The position numbers and the translations under genes were made by a program. Below, piece by piece: positions 37,890 through 47,637 of a DNA stretch of 64,000 nt (position 1 is the first letter of the stretch; each line of letters starts with the position of its first letter). A model generated the notes under the pieces. That model was given only the letters and a program-made list of their open reading frames with translations. It searched no databases and was not told the DNA's origin. Source of the DNA: an uncultured bacterium. Lineage in GTDB: Bacteria; Margulisbacteria; WOR-1; CAVSGV01. The stretch covers positions 28,541 through 92,540 of the forward strand of contig CAVSGV010000006.1 in the NCBI GenBank assembly GCA_963727815.1, written 5' to 3'.

Positions 37890-38666
37890 CTATTCGTCCC
37901 TTCCGGTGGCGCTCTTAAGATTGTCTATGAGGTCCTGGTAAACCGTTTTCCCCAAACTCTGAGCCTTGTGTACATCAGCCCATGCGTTGTCATATTGCTG
38001 GAGCTGATAGTAAGCCTGCGCCCGCGCCACGTACGCCCAACCGGCTGATGAGTTCAGCCCGATGGCGGTCGTCTCGTCCGCGACCTCCTGTTCGTAGTTC
38101 CCCTGCCTGCCGTAAGCGTAACCCCTGTATTGATACGGCAGGTAATATTTCGTGTCGATCTCTATCGATTTGTTGCAGTCCGAAATGGCCTGGTCGTAAT
38201 TGCCCTGGTTGTAATAAGAGTATCCGCGCTCCGCATAAGCATCGGAATAATCCGGCTTCAGGTCTATGGCGCTTGAATAGTCGGCTATCGCCTGGCTGTA
38301 GTTCGTTTGATCGTTGTACGCAAGTCCCCGCGCGTAATACGCGAAGGAATCTTTCGGGTTCAGCTCCAGCGCTTTTGTCTGGTCGGCAATGTCCTGGTCG
38401 TAATTTTGCTGCTGGCCGTAGCAGTACCCGCGCTCCGAGTAGGCCGCCGAGTAATTCGGGTCCATATTGATCGCTGTGGTGAAGTCGGTTATCGCGGCGC
38501 TGTAATTGGAATCCCACTCATCAAGCGTCCCGTCATCATAATGATCCACGGCCGTTTTGGGTTTCGGCGCGGTCGCGGAAAAAGCCCCGATGGATACAAC
38601 GGATATAAGGAACAATAAAAAGATTAGGACCGAGGTTGTCTTGATATTGAGCGTGCTTGTTTTCAT
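37890..38666 (-). CDS. secreted tetratricopeptide-repeat protein
   Basis: Signal peptide followed by about six 34-aa TPR units (AxxDYxxAIxLxPxYxxAYxxRGxxY repeated). Confidence 0.85.
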   Translation of the reverse strand: MKTSTLNIKTTSVLIFLLFLISVVSIGAFSATAPKPKTAVDHYDDGTLDEWDSNYSAAITDFTTAINMDPNYSAAYSERGYCYGQQQNYDQDIADQTKALELNPKDSFAYYARGLAYNDQTNYSQAIADYSSAIDLKPDYSDAYAERGYSYYNQGNYDQAISDCNKSIEIDTKYYLPYQYRGYAYGRQGNYEQEVADETTAIGLNSSAGWAYVARAQAYYQLQQYDNAWADVHKAQSLGKTVYQDLIDNLKSATGRDE

Positions 38667-38688
38667 ATTTGTCCCTCCAAGCCCGATA

Positions 38689-40332
38689 TTATATACCTTT
38701 GGTTAATGGAAGAGTAACCAGGAAAGTGGCGCCCTTTCCCGGGGTCGATCCCACGCTGATCGTCCCGCCGTGCGCCTCGACCATCCTTTTCACGACCGAC
38801 AACCCGACGCCTATTCCCTCCACGCGGCCCGTGAACGTTTTTTCTATCTGATAGAACCCGTCGAAAATTTTCGCTGTTTCCTCCGGCGGAATGCCAGGGC
38901 CGTTGTCGGCAAAAGATATCTTGACGGAGCCGGCGGACTTTTCCACCGAGCAAGATATCTGGCAAATTCCCTTATCATTGAACTTCACGGCGTTCTCGAT
39001 GATGTTGTAGGCGATAAGCTCGAAATACGGCCTGTTCATTTTCATGCGGATATTCGGGTCCGCCGCCTGGACCGAAAAGATCACCTTTTTATCCCTGTTC
39101 TGGCTTATGACCTCATCCGCCGCTTTTTTGAGCTCTTCTTCAAGCACAAGATCTTCCGTCATAAGGTTAGGATCGTTCACGTTTATCTTCGCCAGCGTCA
39201 GAAGTTTTTCTATCATGGATTGCATCTTCAGCGCGTTCTCGCGGATGCTCTCTACCGCTTTTTTCATCTTGTCGTCCAGTTTTCCGTAAGCGCCCGAATC
39301 CTCCAGATCCGCTAAGCCTATGATGACGGACAACGGGGTGAAAAGTTTATGGGAAACATAAGAGACCAGGTCCTGTTTCGCGCTCATCCTCCGCTGCGAA
39401 GCCTCCATTAAATGGAAAAGGCGGGCGATCGCGAAGATAAGCGCAGCTGCTATCGCGATGCTGGTAGTTGAGGTGAGCGCGAGCCTGAACTGTGTGCCGT
39501 AAAATCCCGCCTCCTGCCCAGCGAGCACGACAATGCCGTATAAAAGGAAGAACACAATGGACGCTGGAATGACCAAGCGCGCCAGAAGCCCGTCATATGA
39601 ATCGCTTATGAAGGTCGTCATAAGACCGCTCGCAGGGCGGGAGAAAAGGATGCCCGTTCCTACCAGGAGGAATTCAATGGAAGAATGGAACGCCATTTTT
39701 GTCTGCGCCGCGATCCCGAACATCTCCTGTTCGCCGTAAATATATGTTACGAAACCCAGCAGTCCGATCAATAATTCCACGATGATGAACGCCTGGGCTG
39801 GCCGGAATCCCTTTTTTGTTTCAAAGTCCAGGGTCAACAGCGCCATGCTTATAAGAACAAAATTGAACGCGACATTTGCAGGCATGCTGTGAGAATACGA
39901 TCCTGCTGATATGGCATTGAGAATGACGTCGTCTATCGTGATATTAACTGAGAATATGTATTCACACATAGGAATAATGGCAAATATAGCAATGACCGCC
40001 AGCAGACAATATCCGATATTCCGGCGCGCTTTCGCCGGCATCTCGCCAATTTCATTTTCCTGAAGCAGGAACATTGCCGCTCCGGTCAGGATGAAGCAAA
40101 ACGCTGCATTGACCCTCATGGTCATCGACCCGGGAAGAAAGCTTTTAAGGAGAGTGATGTTGAATATATAGCCGAAAAGCACAAATATGCCTATGCCGGT
40201 AACGAGAACGCTGAATATGAGAGAGGTCCGTTTGAACAGGGAAATATAATCCAGAGTGGCTTTAGCCCCCTCCATGCCGGCTATCTTTTCAGCTTTAAAG
40301 CTCATATATGCCTCTGCGTCGAAGTTTATCAC
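38689..40332 (-). CDS. sensor histidine kinase with large polytopic N-terminal domain
   Basis: About 8 TM helices, then H-box VSHKLFTPLSVIIG, N box NIIENAVKF and G boxes DNGPGI and EGIGVGLSVV. Confidence 0.85.
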   Translation of the reverse strand: MINFDAEAYMSFKAEKIAGMEGAKATLDYISLFKRTSLIFSVLVTGIGIFVLFGYIFNITLLKSFLPGSMTMRVNAAFCFILTGAAMFLLQENEIGEMPAKARRNIGYCLLAVIAIFAIIPMCEYIFSVNITIDDVILNAISAGSYSHSMPANVAFNFVLISMALLTLDFETKKGFRPAQAFIIVELLIGLLGFVTYIYGEQEMFGIAAQTKMAFHSSIEFLLVGTGILFSRPASGLMTTFISDSYDGLLARLVIPASIVFFLLYGIVVLAGQEAGFYGTQFRLALTSTTSIAIAAALIFAIARLFHLMEASQRRMSAKQDLVSYVSHKLFTPLSVIIGLADLEDSGAYGKLDDKMKKAVESIRENALKMQSMIEKLLTLAKINVNDPNLMTEDLVLEEELKKAADEVISQNRDKKVIFSVQAADPNIRMKMNRPYFELIAYNIIENAVKFNDKGICQISCSVEKSAGSVKISFADNGPGIPPEETAKIFDGFYQIEKTFTGRVEGIGVGLSVVKRMVEAHGGTISVGSTPGKGATFLVTLPLTKGI

Positions 40333-40477
40333 TCTTCGAATGTTTTACAATGCGATAATGGCCCTCGCCTCTGAGCGTTCGAACGTCAAAAAAAGTCCTT
40401 TTATCAATTTTCAATCGACATTTTATTCTTTAAATGCTATCATTTCTTGACACAAAATAAAAAAAGGGGTGCTGAAA

Positions 40478-40789
40478 ATGAGAAAACTTATTTCAATTTT
40501 CTTCCTTCCGTTGTTGCTTTCGTTAAGCCTGTCGATCCCTGCCGCTTTTGCGCAAAACAAGGACATCATGAACGATCCCATCATAAAACAGGACAAAATG
40601 CAGACTCAGATCGACAAGGCCCTGTTTCAAAAAGACATGCGTATGGTGTGGAAGGATCTGCTAAAGGTGCAAAAAGACACGGATAAATTAAGGCTGGACA
40701 TGCTAAAAGCCAGAAAAGCGATGATCCTGTCCCAAAAAAAGAAAGCCGCGGAAAAAACAAAACAGCAGAAAGCCGTTCCGGCCACATAG
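40478..40789 (+). CDS. small secreted Lys/Gln-rich coiled-coil protein
   Basis: MRKLISIFFLPLLLSLSLSIPAAFA is a signal peptide. ATG at 40478 lies after an AAAAAGGGGTG RBS-like stretch. Confidence 0.45.
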   Translation: MRKLISIFFLPLLLSLSLSIPAAFAQNKDIMNDPIIKQDKMQTQIDKALFQKDMRMVWKDLLKVQKDTDKLRLDMLKARKAMILSQKKKAAEKTKQQKAVPAT

Positions 40790-40798
40790 CCGATCAAT

Positions 40799-42001
40799 TC
40801 AGTTCAGCTGGCTTTTGATCGCTTTGGCGAAAATAATGATGACTTCTTCGGCAGACATCTCTTCCGTGTGATCAAAGACCGACTTGATATTGCCGTTCCA
40901 TTTCACCAGCGGGTTTGCCATGAGCTTCCGTATCTCCGCCGGCGAATACTGGGCGCGCTGCATCAGGAGCCTCCCGATAGAGGTCTCTTCCGGCTTTGTC
41001 CCGAAAAAGTTCTCGCACTCATATAAGAATTCGATCGGGCCGGCCGAAAAATGATATCCGTTCTGGTTCTTGTCCACTTCCAGAACGCCGTACTGCTCCA
41101 TGTTCTTGAACAGGTCGTTCCTTATGCCGCTCCCATCCCTGGGATTGGTCGGTCCGATGACCACACCCCTCATCTTTTTAAGGGACGCGGCCTGCCCGCT
41201 TCCTCTTCTCACCCGCAATACTACGACCCTGTCCTGGGGCCTGGTATAGCTGATCATCTGGGCCGGGGTGAACCCGTTCAAAATGAACACTGTACGCTCA
41301 TCCACATCGCAAGCCCTCACGGGAACAAATCCGCCGTCCTCATATTTTACCGGCGCGACATAAGTGCCTGGAGCTAGTTTTATGTTATATTTCTTCCTGT
41401 CGTTTTTTTCCTTGCTGAGATCATCAAGCTCAAGCGACCGCTTCCACAGAGCGTCAAGCTGTTCAACGCTCAAACCCGCCTGTTCCATGAACTGGAAGCC
41501 GCCAAAAGCAATGGGACCTTCCGGCGACTTAGAATCCATTTCCCGCCCCATCAATTCGCGGAAATACTTTTTTGCGTCCTGGGACACAACAGACACGTCG
41601 TTCTTTGCAATGTTCGCGGTAACGCCGTAGTGTTTTAGCATGGTCTCATTTTCTCTTAGATGGTCGCCGGACATGACCGACGCGTTAAGTATTTCCCAGC
41701 CATTGCTGACGACCGCCATGAGCCCGAGCGCGATCGTATCTTTTATCCTTGCACCTTTCGCCAGCGCGGCGGACTTAACGAACAAGATCGCCTCATCATG
41801 GAACAACTTTGGGTTCACATTCGCGATGGCGGTCGAGGGCGTAAGGATCTCCATATTCAGCACAGGTTTGCATACCCAGCTTGCCGCCGTATTGATCAAT
41901 TTCAAATAACTGACGGATGAGGGATCTGACGCCTCAAGTAATTTCACGCCCATCACCTTAACATTCGTTAAGAACGCTGACACATTTTCAAATCTGATCA
42001 T
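40799..42001 (-). CDS. 400-aa nucleoside-diphosphate-kinase-like protein (catalytic His retained)
   Basis: DRVVVLRVRRGSGQAASLKKMRGVVIGPTNPRDGSGIRNDLF...NGYHFSAGPIEFLYECENFFG aligns with NDK LEGENAV...GATNP...GTLRADYA...[21 protein letters not shown]. It shares the insert GGFQFME with the 885-aa protein. Confidence 0.6.
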   Translation of the reverse strand: MIRFENVSAFLTNVKVMGVKLLEASDPSSVSYLKLINTAASWVCKPVLNMEILTPSTAIANVNPKLFHDEAILFVKSAALAKGARIKDTIALGLMAVVSNGWEILNASVMSGDHLRENETMLKHYGVTANIAKNDVSVVSQDAKKYFRELMGREMDSKSPEGPIAFGGFQFMEQAGLSVEQLDALWKRSLELDDLSKEKNDRKKYNIKLAPGTYVAPVKYEDGGFVPVRACDVDERTVFILNGFTPAQMISYTRPQDRVVVLRVRRGSGQAASLKKMRGVVIGPTNPRDGSGIRNDLFKNMEQYGVLEVDKNQNGYHFSAGPIEFLYECENFFGTKPEETSIGRLLMQRAQYSPAEIRKLMANPLVKWNGNIKSVFDHTEEMSAEEVIIIFAKAIKSQLN

Positions 42002-42027
42002 TTAAATTCTCCTTATCTTTTAATGGG

Positions 42028-43074
42028 TCAGATGACAGGCGCGCCCTGCTTAAAAAGAAGCGCCGGCACCGTCCTGAGCAGTATTCCCAACTCCATTCCC
42101 CAGCTCCAATTCTCTATGTAATGGCGCTCCAGTTTGAATTTGGTTATCCTGTTCTCAACTACATCCGGATCGTCGCGGCCGTTTATCATCCTTAATCCGG
42201 TCAGGCCTGGTTTCGCCGTATAAACCCTCATGAACTCATCCACCGGCATGCTCTTATCTTGAACGATCATATCCGGAAGAATATTCTCGGCCCTCGGACC
42301 GATAAGCGACCACTCGCCTGTCATGACATTCAATAACTGCGGCAGTTCGTCAATGCCGTATTCTCTTATGAACTTGCCCACCGGACGGATTATCCTTGGA
42401 TCTTTCACGTTCGCCGGAATATAAGTATCGGGCCCCTTCAGAAAATACATGGACCTTATCTTGTGATATGTGACCACTTTCCCGTTCTGGCCGGGTCTTT
42501 TGCCCGAGAAGAAAGGCGATCCCGGGGAATAACACATTACAGCAAGCCCTTCCAGGAACATTACCGCCAGCGACGGAACGGCCATTACTAATGAAAGCCC
42601 GATGTCTTCAGTTCTCTTCAGAAAGACGTTCTTCGAAGTGAACAAGCGCGAATTTTCGGGAACGAACTTTTCTCTCGGAGAATAGACCAGTTTTACGGGT
42701 TTAGAGCGGTAAACGACTTTTTCTGGTCTGTTCTCGTTTAAGATGATCTGTAGTTCAGAAAGTGTGTTCGATACGGGCAGGCCGACTTTGATATTAATTT
42801 CACCGTTCTTATCCGCGGTTGCCCAAGCTATGATAGTATCTCGAGTTCCTTTAACTTCGATGCGGTAGAAAATGCGAGGCTTTAAATTGTTCATCTTCAA
42901 GTTCATTTGGAGCGTTTTAACATCATTGAACACATTGATCACGTTGACCCCGGCGCTGCGGATGTCTTCGTGATTTGAAATGAACATCCTTGCCTGAGGA
43001 GCACATGAGGCAAAAAGCCCCATTCCCTTCAGGAAGCCGGCATCCTTAAGTATATAAACAAAATTCGCGCTCAT
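42028..43074 (-). CDS. polyprenyl-phosphate sugar-phosphate transferase (bacterial sugar transferase family) with extra N-terminal domain
   Basis: The C-terminal half SPFFSGKRPGQNGKVVTYHKIRSM...DPRIIRPVGKFIREYGIDELPQLLNVMTGEWSLIGPRA is the WbaP/EpsL-type catalytic core. Confidence 0.8.
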   Translation of the reverse strand: MSANFVYILKDAGFLKGMGLFASCAPQARMFISNHEDIRSAGVNVINVFNDVKTLQMNLKMNNLKPRIFYRIEVKGTRDTIIAWATADKNGEINIKVGLPVSNTLSELQIILNENRPEKVVYRSKPVKLVYSPREKFVPENSRLFTSKNVFLKRTEDIGLSLVMAVPSLAVMFLEGLAVMCYSPGSPFFSGKRPGQNGKVVTYHKIRSMYFLKGPDTYIPANVKDPRIIRPVGKFIREYGIDELPQLLNVMTGEWSLIGPRAENILPDMIVQDKSMPVDEFMRVYTAKPGLTGLRMINGRDDPDVVENRITKFKLERHYIENWSWGMELGILLRTVPALLFKQGAPVI

Positions 43075-43149
43075 ATATTTATTTATCGAAGAAATTAGGC
43101 GGTAATTTCAAATATTAAAGACATATAAAATGATGTAAAATACGCCTGA

Positions 43150-43662
43150 ATGGAAACCAATAAAACCTTTGAAGATTTTCCTCTCTGGATGATCGCCGCG
43201 TACGATGCCGTGGCGTACGGGATATATTTGATCGGCTTTTATATCATGTTCAAGTCCGGGGCGATACTGGGATGGCTGTACCTCATTTTTTGTCTGGCCT
43301 TGGAGGTCCGGATAATGAGGATGTCGTGCGTCAATTGTTTCTATTACGGGAAATTGTGCGGCGCGGGAAGAGGCAAGCTCGCCTCCCTCCTTTTTAAAAG
43401 GGGCGACCCCAGGAAATTCATTGAAAGAGATATCTCCTGGAGGAATCTTATTCCGGACATGCTGGTTTCCCTGATACCTTTCCTGATGGGTATTTATCTT
43501 CTGATCACCGGTTTCAATTGGCCGCTCTTGCTGGCGATCGTTGTTCTTTTTCTTCTAACTACAGTTGGCAACTCTTTCACGCACGGCAGCATCGTCTGTA
43601 AGTACTGCAAACAGAGAGAACTGGGCTGTCCGGCGGAAAAACTGTTCGCGAAAGCCAGGTAA
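43150..43662 (+). CDS. hypothetical membrane protein with Cys clusters
   Basis: Four hydrophobic helices plus CVNCFYYGKLC and CKYCKQRELGC motifs. Confidence 0.45.
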   Translation: METNKTFEDFPLWMIAAYDAVAYGIYLIGFYIMFKSGAILGWLYLIFCLALEVRIMRMSCVNCFYYGKLCGAGRGKLASLLFKRGDPRKFIERDISWRNLIPDMLVSLIPFLMGIYLLITGFNWPLLLAIVVLFLLTTVGNSFTHGSIVCKYCKQRELGCPAEKLFAKAR

Positions 43663-43690
43663 GTTGTATAATGCGGAATAAGGAGCATCT

Positions 43691-44725
43691 ATGAAGAAAG
43701 CATTGATTATTTTTATCTTGGCGGCACTTAGCATCATGCCGCGAACGACCTTCGCTTGCAGCGACTTCCAGCTTAAAGCAAAGGACGGAAGCATAGTCAT
43801 TGGCCGCTCAATGGAATTCCCTGTCGACCTCAAGTCGGAGATATGCGTCGTTCCCCGCGGGCATATGAAATACGGTTTTCTGGCGATCAACGCTTTTAAT
43901 ATCAAGAATGCTTATGTTGATGGGTTCAATGAAAAAGGGCTCTCACTCGACGGATTAATGTTCACCGGAGCGCAATATCAGCCCGAGGCCGCCGGCAAGT
44001 CCCTGCCGATAGATGGTCTGGGCGCCTGGGCGCTCGGGAATTTCGCCACCGTGGATGAAATAAAAAAAGCGCTCCCCAAGATCAACATTACCAAAGCAAA
44101 AAACAAAAAACTGAAAGATCTGGGAATGCACATCGCGTTCCATGACGCGTCGGGGAAAAATCTCGTCGTTGAATTCATCGACGGTAAAGTTAATGTCTAT
44201 GACAATCCGCTGGGGGTCATGACCAATCGGCCGGAGTTCCCCTGGCAAATGAACAATCTCCGCAATTATATAAACCTGGATGCGCGCGATAAAAATCCGA
44301 AAAAGATCAATGGCGTCGTTATCGAACCGGCGGGCGTCGGCAGCGGAATGCTGGGTCTGCCCGGCGACTGGACGCCGCCTTCACGTTTCGTGAGGCTGGC
44401 TTATTGCGTCGATTCAGCGCTAAAGCCCGATAATGCCGCCGAAGCTGTGAATCTGGCGGAGCATATATTGAATACCGTCGATATCCCGAAGGGAGCGATC
44501 AAGGAGCCTCAGGCGATACCTTTTGTCACGCTTTACGGCAATGCTCAATGGGTATTGATCAAGGACCTGACGAATAAGGTCCTCTACTATAAGACATATG
44601 AAAATACCGCATGGAGATCCGTGGATATGAAGAAGTTCAACCTCGCATCCAACGGTCCGGGAAAATACCTGAAAATGGCGGGGGACAAGCTTCCTGTCAT
44701 AGACGTCAGCGGTGACCTTAAATAA
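43691..44725 (+). CDS. choloylglycine hydrolase / linear amide C-N hydrolase family (Ntn hydrolase)
   Basis: The signal peptide ends ...TTFA|CSDFQLKAKDGS, exposing the Cys nucleophile. GRSMEF and MTNRPEFPWQ are typical of the family. Confidence 0.8.
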   Translation: MKKALIIFILAALSIMPRTTFACSDFQLKAKDGSIVIGRSMEFPVDLKSEICVVPRGHMKYGFLAINAFNIKNAYVDGFNEKGLSLDGLMFTGAQYQPEAAGKSLPIDGLGAWALGNFATVDEIKKALPKINITKAKNKKLKDLGMHIAFHDASGKNLVVEFIDGKVNVYDNPLGVMTNRPEFPWQMNNLRNYINLDARDKNPKKINGVVIEPAGVGSGMLGLPGDWTPPSRFVRLAYCVDSALKPDNAAEAVNLAEHILNTVDIPKGAIKEPQAIPFVTLYGNAQWVLIKDLTNKVLYYKTYENTAWRSVDMKKFNLASNGPGKYLKMAGDKLPVIDVSGDLK

Positions 44726-44761
44726 TTAATTATCCTTGCCGATTATGATGGAATTTAAATT

Positions 44762-45790
44762 ATGAAAATTCTTGCCATCGAAACATCCTGCGATGAAACA
44801 AGCGCTGCCGTAGTTGAGAACGGCCGGAAGATACTTTCGAACGTTGTGGCTTCTCAAATTGAGTTCCACCAGAAATACGGCGGCATCGTTCCTGAGGTGG
44901 CATCACGCAAACACATCGAAGTGATAGCTGCCGTTGTGAAACAGGCGATCGACGATTCGAAGGTACCCCTCAAAAAGATCGACGCCGTTGCCGCCACGTA
45001 CGGACCCGGTCTTGTCGGCTCGCTGATAGTCGGGCTTAATTACGCCAAAGCATTGGCTTTTGCCTTGAAGAAACCTTTTATTCCGGTGAATCATATAGAA
45101 GGACACATATACGCCAACTTCGTTGGCGCAATTACCAAATCCCAATCTCCAAATCCCAAACTTACGTCCGGTCCTCACCTCCAATTCCCATTCATATGCC
45201 TTGTGGTAAGCGGCGGCCATACCAATCTCTACTACATCAAATCTCACGGCAAATATCAGCTGCTAGGCCGAACCCGCGATGACGCCGCCGGCGAAGCATT
45301 CGACAAAGTAGCGAGGTTCCTGGGCATCGGCTATCCGGGCGGGCCCATCATCGACAAGATGGCAAAGAAAGGTGATCCTGAAGCGATCGATTTTCCCCGG
45401 GCAATGCTCAAGGAGGGATTTGATTTCAGTTTCAGCGGATTGAAGACTGCAGTTGTCAATCACGTGCGTAAGAACGGAAGCAGGAACATCGATGATATCG
45501 TCGCCTCATTCCAGGAAGCCGTTGTGGATGTACTGGTGGAAAAGACCATCAGGGCTGCCAAAGCAAAAAAGACCAAATGGATCGCTCTGGCGGGAGGTGT
45601 TTCGGCTAATTCAAGGCTGAGGCAGAGACTTACGCAGAGGGCAGAAGAAGAAGGGCTGAAGGTGTCGATACCACCGATGAACCTCTGCACCGACAACGCA
45701 GCCATGATAGGAAGCGCCGCGTACGACTTGAAAAAAAATAACAAAAAGAGTAGTCTGGATGTTGAAGCGGTTTCCACATTGAGGATGTAA
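44762..45790 (+). CDS. tsaD: tRNA N6-adenosine threonylcarbamoyltransferase
   Basis: [27 protein letters not shown] and GYPGGPIID motifs. It contains an unusual 16-codon insert at 45131-45178. Confidence 0.95.
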   Translation: MKILAIETSCDETSAAVVENGRKILSNVVASQIEFHQKYGGIVPEVASRKHIEVIAAVVKQAIDDSKVPLKKIDAVAATYGPGLVGSLIVGLNYAKALAFALKKPFIPVNHIEGHIYANFVGAITKSQSPNPKLTSGPHLQFPFICLVVSGGHTNLYYIKSHGKYQLLGRTRDDAAGEAFDKVARFLGIGYPGGPIIDKMAKKGDPEAIDFPRAMLKEGFDFSFSGLKTAVVNHVRKNGSRNIDDIVASFQEAVVDVLVEKTIRAAKAKKTKWIALAGGVSANSRLRQRLTQRAEEEGLKVSIPPMNLCTDNAAMIGSAAYDLKKNNKKSSLDVEAVSTLRM

Positions 45791-46242
45791 TGGACAACAA
45801 AAAATATATCTTCCTGATTTTTTCAATTTTCATTTTAACTTTTGCATTTGTGTCGGGATGCGGCAGATATGTGGTCCAGTACACCGCTCCGGTCATCCTT
45901 TCAAGCTCCCCCGCTTCAGGCGCGACAAATGTGCCGTCCGATGAAACTCTCTCGATTCAGTTCAGCAAGTCCATGGACAGCGCCAACACGGACATCAACG
46001 GCCTCATGACGAAGATCAAGGTCGCCTCGGACATGACCGCAACGGTGACATTCGATGCCTCCACTACTCCGGAAGCAGTCTGGAACGGCGATTTCACCGT
46101 CCTTACCATAATGAACATTCGTTTTGTGTCGGCAGAAGCCGCGGCAAGGGTCCACATTGTCGCATCGTGGGAGGCTTTCATTGATAGGAACGGTCTGTAC
46201 TTGCCCGAGAATACGGAACTCTGGAATTACACCCTGCAGTAG
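45790..46242 (+). CDS. lipoprotein with SbsA-type Ig-like domain
   Basis: Lipobox FVSGC, then SSSPASGATNVPSDETLSIQFSKSMD, typical of bacterial Ig-like (SbsA) domains. Confidence 0.55.
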   Translation: MDNKKYIFLIFSIFILTFAFVSGCGRYVVQYTAPVILSSSPASGATNVPSDETLSIQFSKSMDSANTDINGLMTKIKVASDMTATVTFDASTTPEAVWNGDFTVLTIMNIRFVSAEAAARVHIVASWEAFIDRNGLYLPENTELWNYTLQ

Positions 46243-46248
46243 CACCCC

Positions 46249-46307
46249 GTCATTCTGAGCGAAGCGAAGAATCTGAATTTGAGACCCTTCACTTCGTTCA
46301 GGGTGAC
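46249..46307. repeat. REP-like inverted-repeat element, copy 3
   Basis: gtcattctgagcgaagcgaagaatctg (46249-46275) and agacccttcacttcgttcagggtgac (46282-46307), between convergent gene ends. Confidence 0.85.
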
Positions 46308-46316
46308 CATTAAAGG

Positions 46317-46787
46317 TTATTTCATCTGGTCAAGAAGAACTGCCATGGCGGCAATGACGTCTTTGGTCTCAGGCTTCATGAATTCCTCGTACGTGAATAT
46401 CTTGCGCCCCGCGGTAAGCGCGCTCTGGATATCCGTGGAATAGTATTTGTCCAGAGTGTTCTTCGCGCTTATCGAAAGCTGTTTCCTGACGATGGTCCGG
46501 ACCGAATCCATCTTGTATGTATTGAAGCAAAGCGCGTAAGTAACGTACGCGCCGGAATCGGACGTCATCTTGGAAAGGAACTGGTCGGCCTTGTTCTCTA
46601 TGGCTCCCCTGTCCCCGCCGATGACCGAATAATCCGCATCAAAAGCTTTCAGCGCCGTCCCCAGGTCCGCCATGCTCTTGTCCACCATCGCAACGGTATC
46701 CGCCGGGGTATATATCATGTATCTTTTCCACGCGCTTCCGTTAAGAAGGGCGTACGCCCAGCCGAGCCTGTTGTAAGCCTTGCGCAT
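46317..46787 (-). CDS. hypothetical protein (possibly the C-terminal part of one gene with 46741-47313)
   Basis: ORF of 156 aa. Its first residues MRKAYNRLGWAYALLNG read on naturally from ...PAQYYPLYY of the upstream ORF, which overlaps it by 47 nt in another frame. Confidence 0.45.
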   Translation of the reverse strand: MRKAYNRLGWAYALLNGSAWKRYMIYTPADTVAMVDKSMADLGTALKAFDADYSVIGGDRGAIENKADQFLSKMTSDSGAYVTYALCFNTYKMDSVRTIVRKQLSISAKNTLDKYYSTDIQSALTAGRKIFTYEEFMKPETKDVIAAMAVLLDQMK

Positions 46788-47313
46788 AATATAGCGGATA
46801 GTACTGCGCCGGCGGTATGTTCATTCCTTTTTCGGTGGTAAGGTTCGATATTGAGGTTAGCACTTCGTCTATCCAGGAATCCGCGTTCTGGTACAGCTCC
46901 AGCTGCTGATAAAGTTTCATGACGGAGCCTTCGATGGACCTGTGTGTAAGTATTCCTTTCCTGAAAGCGGACGCTATGGCGTAAGGAAGGACCTCGGATG
47001 CCTGGGACGCGGTGGTATCTTTCGCTTCAAGGATCCCCACAGCCATTGAGCCGACGGCATCCAGCGCGGAGAGCGAATTATCGTACGCGCCGAGCCTCTC
47101 ACGGACCAGCGCTCTCTTGTACTGCTCCGCCAGGTACTTGACCGGATTGCTGGATTCGCTGGAGACCACATAATCCGTCACGTTCATGCCGAGAGACTTT
47201 GAATCGGACTGCGGAAGGTCCTCGAACGTGGCGGCCAAGTCCTGGCCGAAGCACGGAGTTGATATCAGCAAAAATATGGCGATGAATGTCTTTAGCATAA
47301 AAAACCTTGTCAT
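46741..47313 (-). CDS. hypothetical secreted protein
   Basis: Signal peptide MTRFFMLKTFIAIFLLISTPCFGQ. I recognise no family. Confidence 0.45.
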   Translation of the reverse strand: MTRFFMLKTFIAIFLLISTPCFGQDLAATFEDLPQSDSKSLGMNVTDYVVSSESSNPVKYLAEQYKRALVRERLGAYDNSLSALDAVGSMAVGILEAKDTTASQASEVLPYAIASAFRKGILTHRSIEGSVMKLYQQLELYQNADSWIDEVLTSISNLTTEKGMNIPPAQYYPLYYAQGLQQARLGVRPS

Positions 47314-47345
47314 CTTACCATATAATTATAGTATAATCAAAACCT

Positions 47346-47635
47346 ATGGCCGTCACCAGAAAAAGACGTCGAGCACGTCGCAAAATTGGCGCGCCTCGGG
47401 CTCACCGAAGAGGGACAAGGGACGCTTCACGGAGCAGCTCTCCGCCATCCTGGGATACGCCGAGATGATGAACAGGATAGACACGAAGAACGTCCAGCCC
47501 ACTTCCCACGCCATTCCCATGAAGAACGTTTTTAGGGATGACAAGGTCGTCCCGTGCGATGATGTAAAGGCGATACTGGCCAACGCGCCGTCAGAGCGCG
47601 AGAACATGTTCGCCGTTCCGAAGATAATGGAGTAA
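47346..47635 (+). CDS. gatC: Asp/Glu-tRNA amidotransferase subunit C, two single-base frame breaks in this assembly
   Basis: ATG at 47346 (MAVT), then frame +1 ([17 protein letters not shown]), then frame +2 ([24 protein letters not shown]...VPKIME). The breaks coincide with the A5 run at 47360-47364 and GGG at 47412-47414. Removing one base from each restores a canonical GatC. Confidence 0.8.
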
Positions 47636-47637
47636 TA

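Noticed and set aside
37982-38618. ORFs 37982-38470, 37990-38517 and 38307-38618, which overlap the TPR gene.
   Set aside because: These are alternative frames of a repetitive TPR-coding region with Arg/Pro-rich nonsense products. The TPR frame has a signal peptide and a clean 34-aa periodicity.
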